This document shows, one piece after another, positions 37,958-48,945 of a stretch of 64,000 nt of DNA. The notes under the pieces were generated by a model. That model worked only from the letters and a program-made list of their open reading frames with translations, ran no database searches and was not told where the DNA came from. A program made the translations under genes and the position numbers. This DNA comes from Haliotis rubra. Taxonomy: Eukaryota. How positions within the stretch are numbered: the first letter of the stretch is position 1; each line of letters opens with the position of its first letter. The stretch lies in assembly GCF_003918875.1 (NCBI RefSeq), contig NW_025765691.1, positions 1 through 64,000 on the forward strand, read 5' to 3'.

Positions 37958-39687
37958 GAGGCTGGCGGATGCAGGCTGATGTGAGGATGTGTGGGTGGGG
38001 AAAGAGAGAATGGCAAAGGTAATAATTGCCTGTTGCTTCTGCAAACAGAACAAAACACCTACATGGAGAAATTGGAGTACACCTCTACAACATTAAAAAC
38101 TCCATCAAAACAGTACTGATAAGTGATCGTTCACCCCCCACACATTAAACGTTATTAAAGGTTATAAGAAGTTTGCCGTTATGATAAATATGAGATTGAT
38201 ACAATGCAGGAACATCCCTACTGATGTGTCAAAAACGCAGTCATGTGAAACGTACTTGAAATTATGGATATTAATGTTTGGGTTTATGTATGTTTGTTTG
38301 ATTTGTCCGTGCACCGTACAAAACAGGAACTTGCACCCAGGTCCCTTTCTGCTGACTAGCTCAAATAACGTAAGTAAAGAAGTAAAATAGAGTAATATGT
38401 TCCTGATCAGAAAATTATTACAAAAATGTCCTTTCTCGAAAACATGGCGAAACCAACGAATAAATTCTTATAAGTCGCCTTTGTAGAGAGGTGCCAATGA
38501 GATCGGGTGATAAGGCTTGGTGACTTGATTAATATAAGTCGCTGTATAACAAATGCGAAGACTGATGATGCAGTTAATCACTTGATTGACTGGTCCAGGC
38601 TCGCTTATTTACAGAATGCCTTTAAAAGCTGGGATTTTGAGAAGAGCGGCGTTTAGCAATAAAAATACCCCCGAAGCCCCAAAAGTAGAATATGTCGCGC
38701 CTGACGGGCAGTTGATTTTTACTAGTTCTTGATGTGTGCGCATGCGCGAGTGTCTGAGATGGAAACCAACGACTTTCGCAGTTTTGACACTAAAACAAAC
38801 TTTGTTTTCCACATTACTTTATAAAACCCAAACGTCCGTCTGTAAATCCACATATTTCTGGATAGCCTTTGGCAAGTGTAGTTAAACAACCCGCATTACA
38901 TGAACGAGAGGAAATGATAGGATAATGCCGGACACGCTCCAGGAGCACAAACCAAAGGTACACAAAAAATACTTTAAAAATCTCAGTCAGCCTTTCCTAG
39001 CCTCGCATGAAGAATATTTACGACAGTTTTCTGTTACGAACAGCTTAAAGCATTAAAAATAGGATCACAACAACAACAACAATGAATATATATATTGCAG
39101 CACACACACTCACATACGCAGGCACGCACGCACGCTCGCACCCATACATACACACAGATAAATGTATACAAAAATTAAATATCCAAATATAACAGTTCTG
39201 TATCACTTGACCCTTCTCCCCATTCCCCAAAGCTTCAGGACCTTTCCCCAAAGGAGTCATGGACCAGAAAATGGCTCAGGGAATAATGTGACAACGATGT
39301 TACCTACATAATATTACCCTTCAGCTGTCAGAGCTGGGACAAAACGTGTTCAGTGTGCCGGGAGAGGCCTGACAAGCAATGATGTGGTTTGGGTACACTC
39401 CCGACACACAGGGAATATACCTGTCCCTGTCACAAGGGACGGGGGGTCACTGAATCCAGGCGGGATGTCGCCATTGTTGGGGGTAAGGGCTAAAGACGTG
39501 GATTATTATCCCAGCAGGGTGATCTGTGATGAGGACCGTCAAACGGCGAGAGGGACAGGTGTCACGATATCATCACGAGTTCATCACTGCATGCATTGAC
39601 CGACATTATTGAAGGGAATTCAAGCTGGCGTGATTAAGTTTGCTTTTAATAGCATTGCTTTGAACAGAATGCCAGTAATATCATGGC

Positions 39688-40189
39688 GTGTCGACTTCAC
39701 GTGGGAGGAAGCCTGAAGTGACGACTTCACGTGGGAGGGAAGCCTGAAGTGACGACTTCGGGTGGGAGGGATGCCTGAAGTGACGACTTCACGTGGGAGG
39801 GATGCCTGAAGTGACGACTTCACGTGGGAGGGAAGCCTGAAGTGACGACTTCACGTGGTAGGGAAGCCTGAAGTGACGACTTCACGTGGGAGGGATGCCT
39901 GAAGTGACGACTTCATGTGGGAGGATGCCTTAAGTGACGACTTCACGTGGGAGGGAAGCCTTAAGGGACGACTTCACGAGGGAGGGAAGCCTGAAGTGTC
40001 GACTTCACGTGGGAGGGAAGCCTGAAGTGACGACTTCACGTGGGAGGGATGCCTGAAGTGACCACTTCACGTGGGAGGGAAGCCTGAAGTGACGACTTCA
40101 CGTGGGAGGGAAGCCTGAAGTGACGACTTCACGTGGGTGGGAAGCCTGAAGTGACGACTTCACCTGGGAGGGATGCCTGAAGTGACGAC
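39688..40189. repeat. 31-bp minisatellite, ~16 copies
   Basis: Unit cacgtgggagggaagcctgaagtgacgactt. Confidence 0.95.
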
Positions 40190-40287
40190 GGTCTGAGATG
40201 TTTACCACTTTGGTGAAACCCACGATCTAGGGTATGGTGCAGAGAAACCTGAGAACATAATGGGGGCGAACTGGGATTCGAACCGAC

Positions 40288-40491
40288 AATCATAGGTTTC
40301 TGGTGTACCCAAGGGATGCAACTCTGAGAATTACAGCTCCTCTGACGGCTGGGCCAATCATAGGTTTCTGGTGTACCCAAGGGACGCAACTCTGAGAATT
40401 ACAGCTCCTCTGACGGCTGGGCCAATCATAGGTTTCTGGTGTACCCAAGGGACGCAACTCTGAGAATTACAGCTCCTCAAACGGCTGGGCC
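40288..40491. repeat. 68-bp tandem triplication
   Basis: aatcataggtttctggtgtacccaaggga...gacggctgggcc starting at 40288, 40356 and 40424. Confidence 0.92.
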
Positions 40492-40789
40492 ATCTATGCC
40501 CCTTTTGAGGCGAAGTGTAACGTGAATGTGTAACCGTTTCGAATAGCAGGAAATTTATATCAGCCAATCTCTGCCAGTAGAGACGCATGTAACATTGCGT
40601 GCGTGAGTATAGTTTTACGTCGCTTAGAGTAATATTCCTGCAATAGGCTTGGGATTCAATGAATTGGCTTCGCACATCCTGACACCTGCACCAGGAACCA
40701 ATGAAGGCCAGAAGAAAGAGGGCCACTGTGATGAATACTATAATGTACTCAGAACCTCAAAAAGGATTCGTGCACCTCCGATATCTTAT

Positions 40790-40958
40790 GGGGTCGGTGG
40801 GGTACCCCAGTTGTTAAAGCATTCGCTCGTCAACGCCGAACGTCCGGGTTCGATTCCCCGCATAGGTACAATGTGTGAAGCCTATTTCTGGTGTCTCCCG
40901 CCGTGATGTTGCTGGAACATTGGTAAAAGTGGCGTAAAACTAGACTCACTCACTCACT
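40790..40958 (+). mobile_element. SINE family A
   Basis: Diverged consensus with (ACTC)n tail. Confidence 0.85.
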
Positions 40959-41092
40959 CTGTGGCGTGGTGGATGTGGTGACTCGATCAGCTGGCCGCAT
41001 CATAAAACATCGTTAAATGATGTTACTTGTTGTTGCCCTGGAGAGTGCTCGACAGTTTGGGGATAAAACAGGTTCGACTAGGACTCAATATA

Positions 41093-41265
41093 CAGTAACT
41101 ACGCTTGTAACGAACACGCTTGTACCGAACTGACGGACACAACAAACTGTCTCTTTTGATACAGGCCACGAGCTACATGTCAGTCGTCTCTGCGTAGACG
41201 GATCTACGATTACCACCAACAAATATTTATGGTCACTTTGAGTTCGTTATAACCGAAGTTTACTG
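41093..41265. mobile_element. Pogo/Tigger-like MITE
   Basis: TA-CAGTAACT...GTTCGTTATAACCGAAGTTTACTG-TA. Confidence 0.7.
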
Positions 41266-41285
41266 TAGTGTGTCTGAAATGGGTA

Positions 41286-41603
41286 CCCGACCGCGTCATA
41301 CCAAAAGACGTTAAAATATGGTACTTGTTGGTCCCTGCCTGGCGCTCGGCATTAATGGGTACAACAAGGACTGGTCGGCTCGGAGTCAGTATAATGTGTC
41401 TGAGTGGGGTATTCATGCTTCACTGTGGTATGGTATCTCAGTGGGCTAGCACTATAAAACCAGCTTCAGTCTGGGCTAGTACAAGCAGCCGCACATACAC
41501 ATACACACGCATGCACGTCGTCATATGAGCGAAATATTCTCAAGCACGACGTAAAACTCAATTTCACCTCACCTCACCTCACCTCACCTCACCTCACCTC
41601 ACC
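41286..41603 (+). mobile_element. SINE family C (Meta-domain-like), 5'-truncated
   Basis: Near-identical to 50730-51091; (CACCT)n tail; TSD ctgaa(a/c)tgggta. Confidence 0.88.
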
Positions 41604-41677
41604 TGAACTGGGTAACTGCAGCAATATACAGTTGTTTTTAATCACTATACAGATAATGACCTCATCTGATATCACTT

Positions 41678-42022
41678 TGGGAGGTGGGGTAGCCTAATGG
41701 TTAAAGCGTCCGCTCGTCAAGGTGAAGACCCGGGTTCGATTCCCCACGTGGGTACAATGTGTGAAGCCCATTTCTGGTGTCCCCCACTAACGGGATCGGG
41801 TGGTCTGGCTCGCTGGCTTGGTTGACACATGTCATCGGTTCCCAATAGCGCAGATCGATGCTCATGCTGTTGATCACTGGATTGTCTGGTCCAGACTCGA
41901 TTATTTACAGACCGCCGCCATATAGCTGGAATATTGCTAAACTCACTCAGTCACTCTGGCGTCCCCCGTTGTGATATTGCTGAAATATTGCTAAAAGCGG
42001 CTTAAACCTAAACTCACTCACT
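41678..42022 (+). mobile_element. SINE family A interrupted by a 5'-truncated family B copy (~41786-41954)
   Basis: TSD tctgg(t/c)gtccccc flanks the B insert. Confidence 0.9.
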
Positions 42023-43240
42023 GATAGCACTTTGCATACTTATTGTCACAACCAATTCCTCTCATGTCTTATTATCAACAAATTCTTACAACGAAACAAC
42101 ACATATGAACACCAATTTTGTGTGGGCGATTTCATAACAGTGCCATGACAATTGCCCATACAACCCGGGTCTCATGTTCTCAGTAATGGTGAAGCTATAC
42201 TGTCCGTGTATACGAAGTGGGCGTGTGTGTAAAGCCTACGGCTAGCTTCCCCCGCAATAATATTGCTGAAAACTCGAAATAATTCGTAACGCTCAACCGT
42301 TTTGGGAATAAGTGCGTAGCAACATCTCCACAGGTACATGTTTCGCATTCCCCTCATTTTATTGTTAATGTCGTTACCTGTGAAGATTCAGGTTAGAATT
42401 GGTCTTCAGCAACCATGCTCTTCGTAAGAGTAGACCAGCGGTATCGGGTGGTCAGGCTCGCGGACTTGGATGGCACAAGTCCCAATTGCGCAGATCAATA
42501 CTCATGCTGTTGATCACTGGGTTGTCTGGTCCAGATTCGATTATTTACAAACCCGCGCCATACAACATACATACAAAACGTTTTCATTAGAAAATACGCT
42601 CTCAGTACCAATACTACCCCAGTAAGAATTCAGTGTCATTCAATGCGTAGAGTCAAGTGCATGACGTATTTTGTACTTGTATGTCTTCAAAAGCAATCAT
42701 GTCTAATGTGGAACACAGTTCAATGAGAAACACGAGACCCAGGTATCTGTAACCATATTCCACCTCCCACGTCTACACGGAAACAGAATACACTCACGCG
42801 GTTAACACTCACGTCAAAGAAAAACCCTACCATTACACGGGTGACTGAGTTAGTTTGCTTGGCTGCCGTTTAACATTGCACTTAATGTTCCAACAACATG
42901 ACGGCGATGACTCAATCCGGTGATTGATATCATGAGCATCCAATCACGCCATCGGGGTACGATCGAGGTACCGATGTATATACTACTCAAAACGTATTGT
43001 CGCATGAGGGCAGTGGGTAGCCTAGTGTTTAAAGAGTTCACTAGTCACGCCGAAGACCCGGTTCGATTCACCACATGGTTACGATGTGTGAAGCCCATTT
43101 CTGGTGTCTCGATGGAATTTTGCTTACTCACTCACTCACTCGCATGACAGAGTAAGGGTAGTAATATGCCTTTTGTTGTTTACCGCAGCACTCGGTGATA
43201 TTACAGCTATAAGACTGGTGCCTGCAAATGATCGAATCTG

Positions 43241-43748
43241 GGCTCCATTTCACAAAGCGATCGCAGCGCTAAGGTGACCGTAACTCCCACACTTTAACAT
43301 AGACTTACGACTAGAACTGCGCAATATAACCGGTTTAGCGGTATTTACCGGTTCAGACATGAAAACGATACGTATTGCGATATGCTGATAGAAAACCGGT
43401 ATTTTGACATGCATTCGGAAAACGTCGTAACACTCGGAAATCTTCATATATTTCCTTGTTTCATTTGTGCCAAAAATTATTCACATTTTTATTTTATCAT
43501 GATAACAAATTGTTAATAAAGCTTAATCAAGCATAGTGATTTCGTTGTGTTTTTGCTCTATAAATCAAGCAGTAACTCGATTATGAGTAGTTTTTTGTTT
43601 AAAAAAAAATACTTAATGCAGTATATTGCAATGCATATCGCAATACATGCTTTCGCATCGCAATATATCGCAATATGAATATTCTCTGCAATACCCACCC
43701 CTACTTACGACAGTCGTAGCGCTACGATCGCTTTGTGAAACACGTACC
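43241..43748. mobile_element. Harbinger-like MITE inserted in a diverged SINE B (~43170-43850)
   Basis: TIRs tttcacaaagcgatcg.agcgct / agcgctacgatcgctttgtgaaa; probable CTG TSD. Confidence 0.75.
43312..43703. mobile_element. hAT-type MITE with 8-bp TSD, nested in the Harbinger-like MITE
   Basis: TAG...CTA ends; TSD cttacgac; subterminal accgg/atcgcaat repeats. Confidence 0.85.
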
Positions 43749-43921
43749 TGGTCAATCCATTGATTGATATTACGACCAACGATCCAACATCCGGGTACGA
43801 TGTCACGCAACCAACCAAGTCACGCAGCCGGACCACCCGATCCTTTTGTCTTATCTCAAGGCTACGGCCATTTCATATCGTAATGTCTGTCTGACCGTTG
43901 TAGTGAGTCGCTTACCACTGT

Positions 43922-44038
43922 TCAGTTGTGTCGGAAGAACTTGATTCCCATCCAGTTGAGGAAGATACAGAAGACGGCGACGATGATGGTGCTCGGTATC
44001 AGCAGGATGTAGTACACGACGTCCCCGTCCATACACGC
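43922..44038 (-). CDS. PIGY: PIG-Y (GPI-GlcNAc transferase subunit Y), C-terminal coding exon; N-terminal exon not located
   Basis: Acceptor ttgcag then ACMDGDVVYYILLIPSTIIVAVFCIFLNWMGIKFFRHN*; the WMGIKxFRHN terminus is diagnostic of PIG-Y. Confidence 0.88.
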   Translation of the reverse strand, partial: ACMDGDVVYYILLIPSTIIVAVFCIFLNWMGIKFFRHN

Positions 44039-44139
44039 CTGCAACAACACATAGCTTTTTCTGAACAAGAACGAGTGAGTGAGTGGGTGAATGGAATAGG
44101 TCTATCCTCGCTCTGACGTCTATAGGTTTTATCATGGTG

Positions 44140-44790
44140 TCTATCAGATGGGCAACGTCGTACACCACCTACAAGATAACAACATGAACTGTTGATCAGA
44201 TGGACAACATCGTACACCACCCACATGAACTGTTTATCTGATGGTCAATATCTTTCACCACCCACATGATAACAACATGAACTGTTTATCAGATGGACAA
44301 TATCGTACACCACCCAAATGATAACAACATGAACTGTTTATCAGATGGACAACATCGTACACCACCCACATGAACTGTTTATCTGATGGTCAATATCGTA
44401 CACTACCCACTCGATAACATCATGGGTTTATCAGATGGTCAATATCGTACACTACCCATATGTTAACAACATGAACGGTTTATCAGAAGGGGCGGCGGGG
44501 TATCCTAATGGTTAAAGCGTTGGCTCGTCACGCCGAAGTCCCGGGTTCGAATCCCCACATGGGTACAATGTGTGAAGCCCATTTCTGGTGTCCCCCGCCG
44601 TGATGTTGCTGGAATATTGCTAAAAGCGGCGTAAAACCAAACTCAGTCAGTCAGTCAGTTTATCAGATGGTCAGTATCGTACACCCAAATCTCGATAACA
44701 ACATGAACGGTTTATCAGATGGTCAGTATCGCACACCAAAATCTCGATAACAACATGAACGGTTTATCAGATGGTCAATATCGCACACTA
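44140..44790. repeat. ~50-bp minisatellite interrupted by a young SINE A (44488-44657)
   Basis: Unit gtttatcagatggtcaatatcgtacaccacccacatgataacaacatgaact; SINE TSD gtttatcaga. Confidence 0.9.
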
Positions 44791-45459
44791 CTCACATTAC
44801 AAAAATCCTAACTGACTACAGTGAGTGATTATCAAAGGAGTGAGTGAGTTTTGTTTTACGCCGCTTTAAGGAATATTCCAGCAATATCACGGCGGGGGAC
44901 ATCAGAAGAGGGCTGTGTGAATCGAACCCGAGTCTTCGGTGTGACGAGGGAACGCTTTAGCAACTTGGCTACCCTACATCCCAAACTGGCTACAAGATGA
45001 GCTACATCGGACACCGTCCTTACAACACAAATACAATCACCTGTAAAAACACTGTCACAAAATACAGTTTCTGCATGGTTTCTCTAAAACCAGACTTAAA
45101 TACAACTCGGCAAACCCTGTCCCGAAACAAGAGCAGATTTGTGGCGGGTCCAGATCTTAATTTGTTTTCCCTCTAAGCCAGCAGATTAACACTTTGACGA
45201 GATGTTGTTAGAATAAACATTGAACGTGTCACCGACGTTACAATCAATAACACCTCAATTACCACGTGTAATCCATGTGCAGTTGTCTGCAAGCCAAAGC
45301 CAGGTAAAAAAGACAGAAGCTGCCTATCTATCTTTATAGCATCGTGTTCCACGCCAACACCAACAGCTCACTGTCTCAAAACAGAAGAAGGGTCATATTA
45401 TCCCAACACAATAAACCACCCTTAAAACTAACAACAGACGTACAGCAGGTAAACAAAAC

Positions 45460-45625
45460 CGATCCTCACTGCACCGGAAGATTAGCACCGATTATCTCCC
45501 CTGACACGGAGCGCACAACATCAGTCGGGAGACGCCATTGAGGATCATGTGACACTACCCAAGGTGTTCGTTCATCCCTAGGTGGGTGACTAGAGGTGGA
45601 GGAGCGGGATGTAGTTTCCGTTCTG
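45460..45625 (-). promoter_or_regulatory. Putative housekeeping promoter/first exon for the PIGY transcript
   Basis: CpG-rich; minus-strand AACTACATCCC (ZNF143-associated ACTACA-type motif) at ~45606-45616 and YY1-like AATGGCG at ~45533-45539. Confidence 0.45.
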
Positions 45626-46183
45626 CAGGCGAACATGTAGCCGTCCTGCTAGAACACACCAAAGCGACTCGCGTGACTTGAACAAATACATTTGAACTTT
45701 AAGGTCGAGCTTAGACCCTTACTGAGAGAGCTACACACGTGACTAAACATGGATGCCGGTGTGTTTGTGAAGGGTCAGCAAGTCGGGGTTATTTGGTTGT
45801 CCCGCCAGGTCCTCGTAAAGGCTGTACAGGTCCGTACAGCGACACCATGGTGTACGGTGAAAGGCACACCGTTTCTGGGATTCCAGGCTAAGTCGCAACA
45901 ATTGGTCCTTAGCATTCCGTGTTGGTCGATTTATTGCATCGGGTGGTCAGGCCCGGCTATCTAATCCAAGTTGTGTCAAGGTAACCCGACGGTATGGATC
46001 GTTGTTCATAATATCGATCACTGGATTGACTGGTCCAGACTCGAAATGACTTGAATATTGCTGAGGCGGTGATACACATCAAACACATATCAACATATCA
46101 CATATACAACGGGGTAGCCTAGTGGTCAAAGCTTTCGCTCGTGACGCCCAAACCCCGGGTTCGATTCCCCACATGGAAACAAT

Positions 46184-46389
46184 TAGACTAATGCTTAGTC
46201 TCTGAATATATATATAATTTTGATAGTAACAAACAAGCCCATTTAAATTGAAAAGGAGCCCCAAGGAGACCAGAGCTTCAGAACCTGAATCTGAGGAAAT
46301 CTAGCCTTGCTTTATTTAGGGCTTGAGCACTGCAGAGAGAGCTTGGCAGTGGGGAAAATAATGTGGTTCAGGGACTGTGAGACAGACTA
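46184..46389. mobile_element. AcademH-like MITE copy 2, inserted inside a SINE A (46110-46477)
   Basis: 9-bp TSD ggaaacaat; TAG...CTA ends. Confidence 0.87.
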
Positions 46390-47254
46390 GGAAACAATGT
46401 GTGAAGCCCATTTCTGGTATCCCCGTCGAGATATTGCTGGCATATTGCTAAAAGCGGTATAAAACCTCACTTACTCAAATAAACAAAATCCGATCCTTCA
46501 CGAAGTACGTTTGAATACACAGCAAGGTGCTAAAAGAGATCGACATAACCTCGAATAGGTCCCTGTGACAAGCATAAACTTGTCTTTCGATAACACTGGA
46601 CAACTGAAGTCAGATAAATAATCCCGTGAATCGAGGACCTGAGAACCTCTTGTATAGTTCAATTCATATCATGTACGCTTGAAAACCGCAACACAACAAA
46701 AGCAATTCTACAACTGTCAGTGGAGGCATTCTTCCTTGTATACAGAGTGGGACGCATTTGCAATTCCGTTTCAGATCGACCTACTACCAATATGTATTCA
46801 ATGAATTTCGTTCAGGAAACGCGCTGTATGTTGGCCATTGATAGTTTGAAACTCACGAGGCCGACCGACTTACTACACTGTCTTCGTGTGTACAAACCCC
46901 ACACCATTTTCTGTCTGAATGAAACACGGCGGGAAGCTGATAATGTTCCGCCATTAGTGCTGAACGTCGGCCAAAAAAAATGACATTACTCTTAATAGCC
47001 CTGGTGTGTTTTCAGATAATATATTTCAGATGAAATAAATGTGATACAAACGTATTAAGCATACGGTGCACACATTACACATATTCCCAAATGAATAGAT
47101 ATCTGTACCATGGTTATGTCCTGTCTGTACTTCGGGGCAAAAAAAATCCCCAGTGCCAACGAAAGTCTCCCCGACAGACGCTACCCATATTTGTCTCCTC
47201 AGGGTTTTCCGGGCCAGAATAGATACCCGGGGCTCCTGTTATTCTCAACATGGT

Positions 47255-47497
47255 ACCCGTGAAGGTCCGGGTTAGAATGAACCTTCAGTAACCCATGCTT
47301 GTTGTAAGAGGCTACTAACGGGATCGGTCAGGCTCGCTGACTTGGTTGACACATGTCATCGGTTCCCAATTGCGCAGATCGATGCTCATGCTGTTGATCC
47401 CTGGATTGTCTGGTCCAGACTCGATTATTTACAGACCGCCGCCATATAGCTGGAATATTGCTGAGTGCGGCGTAAAACTAAACTCACTCACTCACTC
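47255..47497 (+). mobile_element. SINE family B, full length
   Basis: acccgtgaaggtcc head through (actc)n tail; imperfect TSD tctca(a/g)catg. Confidence 0.92.
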
Positions 47498-48714
47498 TCA
47501 GCATGATTATTCCGGGCCTGCAAAGAAAGTTTAATCCGGATACATTCCACGGAGTCGCTCCGGAAACGACAAACAAGGACAGATGGGCGGACGGACAAAC
47601 TGATCGTTACATTTTCCCGTATTTCAAATCGGGGAGTACTGAATCGTCTAAAGTCACTTCTTCGAGTGAAGATACACCTTATACACAGACTCACACAATG
47701 TTATTTGTATTCAGATGCATACACGTGCAAAGTAACAGTCGGTTAATGATCTCTATTGATAATCATTGAGATATACAGTAGATAATCATTGTGATACAGA
47801 TATAAGATCACCGTAATTTTATACTTTAATAGCCTAACGATAGACTAAGTCGCATCACCAACACCGCTCCGTTGAACGAACGTTAAATTGTATAATTACC
47901 ATTCCAGGTACACAGTTGATAAATCGACTCCGTGTTCCCCCAACACCAAGAAAGATGAACCGTTTTCTCTTACATGTTTTGTTCGTAACCAGAGGAAATA
48001 TAGCTCACTCACAGTGCAGACAAACAGATCGTTTTGGTCAGGTCAAAGGTTATCCTAGCTGAAGGAGCTAGTGTGTTGTTTGTGAAGGCCTCCGTATGAT
48101 GATAACATGGGACGCGGAACCTCCTTTCACGCTCCCAGATACCTGACAGTGTCAGGGCAGGGGGAGATAACCCATATGGGGTTTGGAATGCAGGGTCTGT
48201 GACCCCTTTGTTCTTTTGAAACGAGAAGGAACACTGCAATATCTAAGCTGGTTATTTATCATGCACACTGGTTCGAACCTTGACATCATGCGTGACAAGC
48301 GAACACGATAACCACTGGACTAACTGCTGGTCTTCACTGTGAGAAAGGCCACACTCTACTATGACTAAGATTTCAGCAGCATCTAACAATATCCTAAACG
48401 GTCTCTGACAACACAATTTGATGTGAGGAATTGTGTCCCTTGTGTTTGCAGGATCCACTGATCTTGAGCTTACAGGTTTGCCTGCTTTAAGCAAATAAAC
48501 ACTTAACTTGCTCATCTCAAATGAATCTAAAAGTAATATTCAAATTTACAAGTTCCAAGCCATGATGCACTGGTAATATCGAAGTTAGTGAGAGACATCC
48601 CGCAAGTAAAATGTGTTGCATGTAAAAAACACCCCAATATAAATAAACCCCACTAAAAAGTCTTGAAACACACTAATCGATCAATGCAACGATAACAAAC
48701 GGAAGCCAAGAGTG

Positions 48715-48945
48715 GTTGGTTTTGCTTTATCGCCGCTTTGAGGTTTCTATAAAATTCCCGTTCTTTTCGCGGTGTGTCTGTTTAACGTAGGAGGAAACCC
48801 CGAAGTGGCACAGGTTTCGTATGTTTACCACTTTGGTTAAACACACAAACACGAACATGGTGCTGACAATATATCCCGGGTGGTCCGGCATTCGAACCCA
48901 CGATCTAAGATTCCTGGTTGGCTCAAGGGACGCAACTCTGTACAG
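48715..48945 (-). mobile_element. SINE family D, diverged copy
   Basis: atgtttaccactttgg body, attcgaaccc B box, aagggacgcaactctg motif. Confidence 0.65.

Larger units (their letters stand above)
39635..40492 (-). mobile_element. SINE family D with an expanded internal minisatellite and a triplicated head
   Basis: B box (ggttcgaatccc on minus), cagagttgcgtccctt motif and atgtttaccactttgg body, shared with 48715-48945 and a fragment at ~35195-35258. Confidence 0.7.

Noticed and set aside
39688-40189. CRISPR-like appearance of the regular repeats (also 1.7-3.1, 44.1-44.8 and 59.1-59.9 kb)
   Set aside because: No unique spacers, no cas genes, eukaryotic context.
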